From Puia sp. (GTDB taxonomy: Bacteria; Bacteroidota; Bacteroidia; Chitinophagales; Chitinophagaceae), in NCBI RefSeq assembly GCF_035546395.1, contig NZ_DASZXR010000001.1:34624-98623 (forward strand): a DNA stretch of 64,000 nt, in the 5' to 3' direction. The notes below the pieces were generated by a model. The model was not told where the DNA came from, searched no databases, and saw only the letters and a program-made list of their open reading frames with translations. The stretch's first letter is position 1. Each line of letters starts with the position of its first letter. The translations under genes were made by a program, and so were the position numbers. Shown here piece after piece: positions 1-6,910 of the stretch.

Positions 1-136
1 TAAAGGAATGATCCATCCCCGCGCCCGCGCCATGGGCAAGCGTAAAAAGGAATCGACTCTTCTCAGGCACGAAATATTCCGCCGATACGGCGCCGATCGC
101 AGGCGATACTTTTAGTTTGAAGGATTGGGTTTTCAT
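1..136 (-). CDS. Alpha/beta-hydrolase family protein (KANL3/Tex30-like), 5' part only; runs off the window start
   Basis: Manual translation from ATG at 136: MKTQSFKLKVSPAIGAVSAEYFVPEKSRFLFTLAHGAGAGMDHSF. LAHGAGAGMD is the typical oxyanion-loop motif of this family. Not in the ORF track. Confidence 0.7.
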   Translation of the reverse strand, partial: MKTQSFKLKVSPAIGAVSAEYFVPEKSRFLFTLAHGAGAGMDHSF

Positions 137-159
137 GCGTCGCCAAAGATAGCATTTGC

Positions 160-930
160 TCAATGATGGATCGGGGTGTCTTCCAGATTAAAATAGGGGC
201 TGTACGCGGCAAGCCGCTTCAGCAGGTCTTTCCCATCCGCTCTGATCTTTGCCGTCGCCTCCTCATTCAGCGCCATGATGACATACCCGAACGGTCCTTT
301 TCGCGCCCCCAGCACCGTATTCCCCGGGTTCACCAGCGCGGGGCCTTTCGGAAAGTCGTTACCAATGCCCAGATCGGATTCCGACACGTACGGCGCATAG
401 AACATGCAATGCGGCATGCTCATGGTCATGACATGGTTATCCCCAGGATTACCGGTATAGACTCGCATGACCGGCGCCACCATATAGGACACACCCGTCC
501 GGGCCGGGGCCCGGTAAATTCCTTTACGAATGCGGGCAATAATGGTATCCCTGACCTGCGTCGCCGTGAATTTGCCGGATGCTCGCATCGCAGCGGCGTC
601 CCGATAGGTCGGGAAGATCGTCCGGGCCCCCTCGGCATCATAAGAAATAGGCGCAAAGACATCCTTTCGGAATTCGCCCCATTCCCAATCCGTCCTGTCG
701 ATGAAACAGATAAACCCGTTCGTGCCCTTATGCGATACGTAGTAGCCCTTCGCCGGGTCCAGCAGGTAGACCGTCGCACCGCCGCGCAGATGCGGCGGTA
801 AAGCCCGAAGGGCAAGCTCCGTTTCGAGGTCCGGCGGCATCTTGTCCAGTTCCCACCCCGCCGGTCGCTGGGCATTGCCTGAAAGAGAAATAAGCCAGCT
901 GGCGCCTAACCAGATAAACAGTTTAGTCAT
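160..930 (-). CDS. Secreted hypothetical protein (256 aa)
   Basis: ORF 160..1143 trimmed to ATG at 930, where a signal peptide starts (MTKLFIWLGASWLISLSGNAQ). Motifs ELALRALPPHLR, KGTNGFICF, GVSYM and PHCMFYAP look like a conserved family of unknown function. Confidence 0.75.
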   Translation of the reverse strand: MTKLFIWLGASWLISLSGNAQRPAGWELDKMPPDLETELALRALPPHLRGGATVYLLDPAKGYYVSHKGTNGFICFIDRTDWEWGEFRKDVFAPISYDAEGARTIFPTYRDAAAMRASGKFTATQVRDTIIARIRKGIYRAPARTGVSYMVAPVMRVYTGNPGDNHVMTMSMPHCMFYAPYVSESDLGIGNDFPKGPALVNPGNTVLGARKGPFGYVIMALNEEATAKIRADGKDLLKRLAAYSPYFNLEDTPIHH

Positions 931-1066
931 GGTAAAAATATTTTTAATCAAATTACACCGCGCGAACCTCCGGTAAAAGGGGCGAATGCGACAGACAAAG
1001 GGGTATTTAGGACAAACAACGATGCCCACCGTTGGGTGGGCATCGCTTCGTGGGTCGGAAAAGTAA

Positions 1067-1246
1067 TTACGACGGACGATCGACCGGTGTCGAAGACAGG
1101 TTCCCGTTCTCATCAACATAGGCCAGCATCTCAGTCCAGTCATGATGGCCTTTGGTCTGTTTACGTCCCTGTTTCTTTTCCATCTTCTGTTGTTTCTTCT
1201 GCCGTTTGTTCCTTTCCCGTTCTCGTTTGTTCCAGGTTTCTGCCAT
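1067..1246 (-). CDS. Small basic protein (59 aa), homologous to the N-terminal module of Bacteroidota extended cold-shock proteins but without the CSD
   Basis: Manual translation: MAETWNKRERERNKRQKKQQKMEKKQGRKQTKGHHDWTEMLAYVDENGNLSSTPVDRPS*. Preceded by AAAAAAGGGAGATTTA. Carries the M-AYVDENGN-SSTP motif. Below the 60-aa cutoff of the ORF track. Confidence 0.75.
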   Translation of the reverse strand: MAETWNKRERERNKRQKKQQKMEKKQGRKQTKGHHDWTEMLAYVDENGNLSSTPVDRPS

Positions 1247-1459
1247 TAAATCTCCCTTTTTTACCTGTTAGTGCAAAAAGCCTTCCCGATTCTGGCTGCC
1301 CACTCTATCTGGCTGATTGCCAATGTTTTTACAAAGCTTATCAAAAGTGGATGGACAGAATGTCCGACGCCGCTGCTTTTAAATGTCATCCAGACATCTA
1401 TCCGGTCAATGCGGCAGGAGCGGGGAATACACTGGTATAATATTTGAACTCTTATTCTT

Positions 1460-2218
1460 ATGGCAACTCAAGCTAGCGGAAAGCGACCATTTCCCGCCGT
1501 GGTTATTGTGCTTCTGCTCTTTGTGGCCTGCATCTTCCCCGGCCAGGGATGGGTTGCGCCAGGCGTCTCCCGGATCGCGGGTCAGGCGACCCTTACACCC
1601 AGCCTCACCGTCCTTGATATTCCCGTCCGCCTGTCATTTACCATCGACCTGATCCTGGTCCCCTGTCTTTTTATGATCAGCTACTTCGTAGTGATCTTCA
1701 TCGCATCCATCGTCCGCGGTGTTCCCGTCGGGCACGAACTGGTCCACCGGCTGAGCGCCGTCTTCACCGGGACTTTCCTATTGCTCCTCTGCCTGACCAC
1801 CGGCGGCCTGCTCGCTTATGCAGCCCAGCTCGGCCTCCCTCCCCGTATCCTCAAAAGCCTGGCCTCGCTGGGTATCAATGCCGATCTGAATACGGGTTTT
1901 GGCCCGGTCCATCTGCGCGGGGACGCCATCTCCCTGCTGGCCCTGCTCGTCGGTTTGGTTTTCTTTTTTAACAGGATAAGAAAGTCGCCCGAAACAAAAC
2001 GCCCGGTCCAGTTAACCCGCGAACAACGCATGACTCCCTATCAGCGCATGCTGCAGGAACGGCAGGAGCAGGCAAGACCCAGGCCTCAACGGCCCCAGCC
2101 CATACCGGTGGAACGCCAACGTTCCCAGCCCAAACAGCGCCCCGCACCACGGGCGCTCTGCAACAATCAACCCCTCCATTCCCTCCGGCCGGAAGCCGTC
2201 AACTACCGCCCGATGTAG
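1460..2218 (+). CDS. Hypothetical membrane protein (about 4 TM segments) with a Gln/Arg/Pro-rich C-terminal tail
   Basis: 252-aa ORF with several hydrophobic segments, then QERQEQARPRPQRPQP. Fills an otherwise empty gap. No family recognised. Confidence 0.65.
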   Translation: MATQASGKRPFPAVVIVLLLFVACIFPGQGWVAPGVSRIAGQATLTPSLTVLDIPVRLSFTIDLILVPCLFMISYFVVIFIASIVRGVPVGHELVHRLSAVFTGTFLLLLCLTTGGLLAYAAQLGLPPRILKSLASLGINADLNTGFGPVHLRGDAISLLALLVGLVFFFNRIRKSPETKRPVQLTREQRMTPYQRMLQERQEQARPRPQRPQPIPVERQRSQPKQRPAPRALCNNQPLHSLRPEAVNYRPM

Positions 2219-2377
2219 CACTGTATCGGCCGAACCGGTCCCAAAAAGTTGCCCATTTTCCCTTAAATTCAACGATCCGCGGCCGGCTATCCCTAACAAT
2301 GGTTCCTTTTTTTACAATTCCACCCCAGTCGCCCCTTCTATCTTTGCTCATCACGGCAAAAACCGTACTTTCAACCC

Positions 2378-3186
2378 ATGGAGTTCTCCCACTTCCCTCC
2401 ATCCGAGATTCTAAAGCCCTACATCCGGCATTATTATCTCTTCCAGTCCGCGCGGGCCACCGCCTTCGAAGACACCGTCTTCCCAAGCGGAGACATGGAG
2501 ATCATCTTCAATCTTGGGGAAGGCTCCTGGTCGACCCGGGAGAACACCAACCCCGACATCGAACTCTGGGGTCAGATCACAAAACCGCTGGCCATCCGCT
2601 CCGCTGGGTCCCACACCATGCTCGGCGTGAAATTTTTCCCCCACTCGGCAGCCTATTTTCTCGACGACGCCATCGGCCAGTTCAACGACCACGTCTCCGA
2701 CCTCGGCGCGATCCTCGGCAACCCGGTCACGCAACTACACAACCAGCTGCTGGCAACACCCTGTACGGCCAACGCATCGCCCTGCTGGAATCCTTCCTGC
2801 TCAGCCGCCTCGCCCGTAGTGAAAAGCGATCCTTCCGCATCGACAAAGTAGGGCATATCCTAAAGACCATGGCGCTCCCCTCCGGCGATGCCGCCGAAAC
2901 GCGGATCAACGCCATCGCCACCCGCCACGGCATCACCTCCCGCTATCTCAACAAGCTCATCTATCAGCATACCGGCCTCACCCCAATATCCTTCAACAAG
3001 ATCCGCCGCTTCCAGTTCAGCCTCCGGCTCATCGCCCGCAAAGATCAGCCGCTCACCTCCATCGCCTACGAAAGCGGCTATTTCGATCAATCCCACTTCA
3101 TAAAGGAATTCAAATCCTTCACCGGGCTCACCCCCTCCGCCTATCTGAAGAACATCTCCCCCGTCAACCAGTTGCTCCGGCAATAG
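2378..3186 (+). pseudogene. AraC-family regulator (DUF6597 N-domain plus HTH), split by a -1 frameshift near 2759-2762; pseudogene or sequencing error
   Basis: N-half is ORF 2378..2851 (MEFSHFPPSEILKPYIRHYY...GVKFFPH). The HTH half (QRIALLESFLL...AYESGYFDQSHFIKEFKSFTGLTP) is in the frame of ORF 2299..3186. One extra C in the CCC at 2759-2761 joins them into a 269-aa protein. Confidence 0.8.
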
Positions 3187-3222
3187 TTCCTTTTTATACA
3201 ATTTTCGGTCACTCGCCGACGG

Positions 3223-3230
3223 TAGCTTTG
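3223..3230 (+). promoter_or_regulatory. Bacteroidota sigma70 -7 element
   Basis: TAGCTTTG matches TAnnTTTG, 13 nt upstream of the ATG at 3244. Confidence 0.55.
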
Positions 3231-3243
3231 TCAAAAAAAGACA

Positions 3244-4014
3244 ATGAGCTACTACGAAACTTTCACCCGCCTCCACCATGGCCCCGCTCCTCTCCTGCTG
3301 GCCAACTGCTGGGATGTTCAAAGCGCAAAAATCCTGGAAGCTGCCGGCTTTCCCGCCATCGGCTTCTCCAGTCACGCCCTTTCCACCGCTCTCGGTTATG
3401 AAGACGGGGAGAACCTCCCCTTCGATCTCCTGGTTCGGATGACGCAACGGGCCACCGGGAACGTTCGCGTCCCCTTCACGGTCGATATGGAAGGCGGCTT
3501 CAGCCGGAGCATCGACGGTATTTTAAAAAACGTCGACCAGGTCCATGACGTCGGCGCCGCCGGCATCAACCTGGAAGACACCATCGCCGGCGCAAGCCGC
3601 ACCTTCCTAACGGCAAAGGAATTTGCAAAGACGATCGAAGCAGTCGCCAATCATCTCAGTCAAACCAACAGAAAACTATTCCTCAATATCCGCACGGACG
3701 CCTTCCTGCTGGATATCCCCACCGCGCTGCCCGAAACGCTGAGCCGCATCGGCATCTATGCTTCGGCCGGCGCCGACGGCATCTTCGTTCCCTGCATAAC
3801 GGATCCAACCGATATCCGGCAGGTGGTCAATGCGACAACCCTACCGGTCAACGTCATGGCCATCCCCGGTCTGCCCGATGTCCCGACCTTACAGGAACTG
3901 GGCGTCCGGCGGATCAGCATGGGCCCCTTCCTGTTCAGCAAGGTCTATGAGCAGGCCGCCGCAGTGGCCAAAGAAGTCTACACGAAAAAAGACCTTTCTC
4001 CCATCCTCGCGTAA
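3244..4014 (+). CDS. Isocitrate lyase/PEP mutase family protein
   Basis: LLLANCWDVQSAKILEAAGFPAIGFSSHALS, VDMEGGF, GINLED, LNIRTDAF, GADGIFVP and GVRRISMG motifs. Confidence 0.9.
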   Translation: MSYYETFTRLHHGPAPLLLANCWDVQSAKILEAAGFPAIGFSSHALSTALGYEDGENLPFDLLVRMTQRATGNVRVPFTVDMEGGFSRSIDGILKNVDQVHDVGAAGINLEDTIAGASRTFLTAKEFAKTIEAVANHLSQTNRKLFLNIRTDAFLLDIPTALPETLSRIGIYASAGADGIFVPCITDPTDIRQVVNATTLPVNVMAIPGLPDVPTLQELGVRRISMGPFLFSKVYEQAAAVAKEVYTKKDLSPILA

Positions 4015-4039
4015 ATAAAAAACACAAAAAACAAAAACC

Positions 4040-4420
4040 ATGAATTTACCAAAGCGGGCCGAAGACGCCCACGCAACGCTTGCAGCCGCCTTCAACACCG
4101 GCGATGTCGCCACTGTCCTAAGCATGTACGATGAAACCGGGATTATCGTGCCTCAACCGGGAAAAACCGCTACCGGAAGGATACAATTCGAAGAATCGAT
4201 CCGCGCGATATTGTCCATCAAAGGCAAAATGGAGATCAAGACGGTCTACTGTCTGCAAACCGGCAATATCGCCCTCGGCCGCTCCGAATGGAGCATCACC
4301 GACGGCGATGAAGTAAACATCAGCGCCAAGGGCATCGAAGTGATGAAACAGCAACCCGACGGAACCTGGAAGATCGTGATCGACCAGGCCTTCGGGGCCG
4401 AAGCCAACCTCAAAGCCTGA
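4040..4420 (+). CDS. NTF2-like/DUF4440 (YybH-like) protein
   Basis: 126 aa; AAAFNTGDVATVLSMY at the N-terminus and QQPDGTWKIVID at the C-terminus. Confidence 0.85.
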   Translation: MNLPKRAEDAHATLAAAFNTGDVATVLSMYDETGIIVPQPGKTATGRIQFEESIRAILSIKGKMEIKTVYCLQTGNIALGRSEWSITDGDEVNISAKGIEVMKQQPDGTWKIVIDQAFGAEANLKA

Positions 4421-4434
4421 TCCCAAACCCATCA

Positions 4435-4458
4435 AAGCCCCCGAAAAATCGGGGGCTT
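4435..4458 (+). terminator. Intrinsic terminator-like hairpin
   Basis: AAGCCCCCGA-AAAA-TCGGGGGCTT, a perfect 10-bp stem just after the stop at 4420. Confidence 0.7.
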
Positions 4459-4474
4459 CTTCATGCAACATTCC

Positions 4475-4488
4475 ACGAAACGTTTCGT
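4475..4488. promoter_or_regulatory. Perfect palindrome, candidate operator for the TonB-dependent receptor gene
   Basis: ACGAAACGTTTCGT is its own reverse complement and lies 65 nt upstream of the ATG at 4554. Confidence 0.45.
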
Positions 4489-4553
4489 CCTTGATTTATC
4501 CCATCTATCCTCTTTTTGCTTTTCAATATGGGATATTCTAAAAAAATTGCGGC

Positions 4554-6857
4554 ATGAAGTCCCTGACCATCCTGCTAACTGTCCTATTATTCGTCACGAC
4601 CGCCTTCGGCCAGGGTTCCGTCAAAGGTAGTGTCCAGGGCTCCGTCAAAGGAAATGTCCATACCCCAGCCAAAAGCAGTGTCAAAGACACGACCGCCAAA
4701 CCCCTCGACACCGTTAAACGAGTCACACTCGGCCAGGTCACAGTGGTAGGCCGGCGGCCACCGATAGAAAATAAGATCGATAAGACGGTCGTCAACGTCG
4801 ATGCATCGCCCACCAATGGTGGACTCACCGCCCTCGAGGTGCTGGAAAAATCCCCCGGCGTGATGGTCGACAACGACGGCAACATCAGTCTGAAAGGCAA
4901 ACAGGGCGTGAAGGTCTTCATAGACGGTAAGCCCACCTACCTGAGTCCCACCGACCTCGCCAACTATCTCAAGAACATGTCCGCGAGCCAGCTCGACCAG
5001 ATCGAGATCATGAGCCAGCCGCCGGCCAAATACGACGCCGCCGGTAACTCGGGCGTGATCAACCTCGTCACCAAAAAGAACAGGAACAACGGATTCAACG
5101 GTTCCATCACGCTCAGCGCCATTATCGCCCGGTATTTCAAAACCCCGAACAGCATCAATTTCAACTGGCGCCAGGGCAAGTTCAACGTCTTCGGAAATTA
5201 TGGCTACGCGTGGTGGGAAGGCTTCGGCGACAACAGCGGCAACAGCAGCCTGCGACAAAACGCAAATACCCCCTTCGACCGCTATTCGGTACAGCATTCG
5301 TATGGCCGATATGATGACCGGGGTCAGAACTTCCGCGCCGGCGTCGACTACTTCGCCGACAAGAAGACCACCTTCGGCATCGCCGTCAACGGAACGATCG
5401 ACAAGCAATGGTATACCTCCCTGACGACGACCGATTTCTTCGACAGCCTGCACAACTTCGTCCAGTACAATTCGGCGCAGTCGCTCAACAAGACGCCCCA
5501 GACGCATCTCGGCTTCAACGGCAACTACACCCGTAAGCTGGACGGAAAAGGCAGCGAGTGGACCGCCGACGCGGACTATATCTTCTTCGATACAAAGGGC
5601 ACGATCACCAGCAACAACTATTTGTACAATGCCGATAACATCCCCTCCGACGCTCCCTACCTGCTCGATGGCCTGCTTCCCTCGCGAATAGATATCTACA
5701 GCTTCAAATCCGACTACAAAAAAGTCCTCAGCGACAGGACCACCCTGGAGGCGGGTATCAAGACCAGCGATGTACGCACGGACAACAACGCCATATATTC
5801 CCTCTACGACAATACTGCAAAGGCCTGGGTGGCGGACACCGCGATCAGCAATCATTTTATCTACAAAGAAAATATCAACGCGGCCTATGTCAACTGGCAG
5901 CAGAAGATCGACAAACTCTCCCTGCAACTGGGTATCCGGGCCGAACAGACCAATACCCAGGGCGACCAGACCGTAAAGAGCGTCAGCTTTAAAAAACACT
6001 ACATCCAGCTTTTCCCCACCGCATATCTTACCTATAAGACGAATGAGGACAACACTTTTGGCGTCTCCTTCGGCCGAAGGATCGAAAGGCCCTCCTACCA
6101 AAGCCTGAATCCCTACCGGTTTCAACTCGACCGTTACACTTACGAACAAGGCAATCCGAATCTCCAGCCGCAGTTCAGCAACAATGTCGAGCTCAGCTAC
6201 AATTACAAGGGAGCGCTGAATATCTCGGCCAATTATACCATGACTACGGATATCATCAGCGACGCGGTGATCTCCTTCAAGGCCCCGGGCGACTCCAATT
6301 ACACTACTTACAACACCAGCCAGAATATCGCCTCCCAGCAGAACATCGGGTTGTCCGTCAGCTATAGCAAACAGTTGCTGAAAGGCTGGAACCTAAACGT
6401 CTTCTTCAACGCTTATAACAACCGCTACAAAGGCGTCGTCGACAGCACGAATATCGATGTGAGCTATACTTCCTGCAACGCCAGCTTCAACTCGCAGTAT
6501 GCGTTCGGGAAAGGTTGGGCAGCGGAGCTCAGCGGGTTCTATAATGCGAAGAATTATGTCAGCGGTGTGCTCCTTGCCGATGGACGGGGAATGTTCTCCG
6601 TCGGGGGATCCAAACAGGTGCTCAAGGGCAAGGGTTCCGTCAAGCTCAATTTCCGCGACCCTTTATACCTGATGAGCTTTTCCAGTCACACCCACCTCAA
6701 CAAGGGTTACACCAACTCGCACGGAATCTGGGACAACCGCAGGATCGTCATGACCTTCGTCTATCGCTTCGGCAAAACGGCAGGCGGCCAACCGCAACGA
6801 CGCAATGGCGGCGCCAATGACGAACAGAGCCGCGTCGGCGGCAACGGGCAGCAGTAA
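4554..6857 (+). CDS. TonB-dependent outer-membrane receptor (outer membrane beta-barrel family)
   Basis: Signal peptide; plug motifs KTVVNVD...ALEVLEKSPGVMVDNDGNISLKGK and IEIMSQPPAKYDAAGNSGVINLV; barrel motifs QLFPTAYL and GNPNLQPQFSN; C-terminal MTFVYRFG. Confidence 0.9.
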   Translation: MKSLTILLTVLLFVTTAFGQGSVKGSVQGSVKGNVHTPAKSSVKDTTAKPLDTVKRVTLGQVTVVGRRPPIENKIDKTVVNVDASPTNGGLTALEVLEKSPGVMVDNDGNISLKGKQGVKVFIDGKPTYLSPTDLANYLKNMSASQLDQIEIMSQPPAKYDAAGNSGVINLVTKKNRNNGFNGSITLSAIIARYFKTPNSINFNWRQGKFNVFGNYGYAWWEGFGDNSGNSSLRQNANTPFDRYSVQHSYGRYDDRGQNFRAGVDYFADKKTTFGIAVNGTIDKQWYTSLTTTDFFDSLHNFVQYNSAQSLNKTPQTHLGFNGNYTRKLDGKGSEWTADADYIFFDTKGTITSNNYLYNADNIPSDAPYLLDGLLPSRIDIYSFKSDYKKVLSDRTTLEAGIKTSDVRTDNNAIYSLYDNTAKAWVADTAISNHFIYKENINAAYVNWQQKIDKLSLQLGIRAEQTNTQGDQTVKSVSFKKHYIQLFPTAYLTYKTNEDNTFGVSFGRRIERPSYQSLNPYRFQLDRYTYEQGNPNLQPQFSNNVELSYNYKGALNISANYTMTTDIISDAVISFKAPGDSNYTTYNTSQNIASQQNIGLSVSYSKQLLKGWNLNVFFNAYNNRYKGVVDSTNIDVSYTSCNASFNSQYAFGKGWAAELSGFYNAKNYVSGVLLADGRGMFSVGGSKQVLKGKGSVKLNFRDPLYLMSFSSHTHLNKGYTNSHGIWDNRRIVMTFVYRFGKTAGGQPQRRNGGANDEQSRVGGNGQQ
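4611..4658 (+). repeat. Imperfect 24-nt tandem duplication encoding QGSVKGSV/QGSVKGNV
   Basis: CAGGGTTCCGTCAAAGGTAGTGTC followed by CAGGGCTCCGTCAAAGGAAATGTC. Confidence 0.7.
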
Positions 6858-6910
6858 GCGGCAAGCGAACCCCCAAAACAAACAGGCAACACCAGCATCC
6901 GCTCCGACAA

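Noticed and set aside
1139-1265. Pyrimidine-rich tract that looked like a low-complexity repeat, ncRNA or terminator
   Set aside because: It is the antisense of the Lys/Arg/Gln-rich 59-aa ORF at 1067-1246.
2750-2775. Programmed ribosomal frameshift in the AraC gene
   Set aside because: No slippery heptamer or obvious stimulatory structure; a single-base loss in a C run is simpler.
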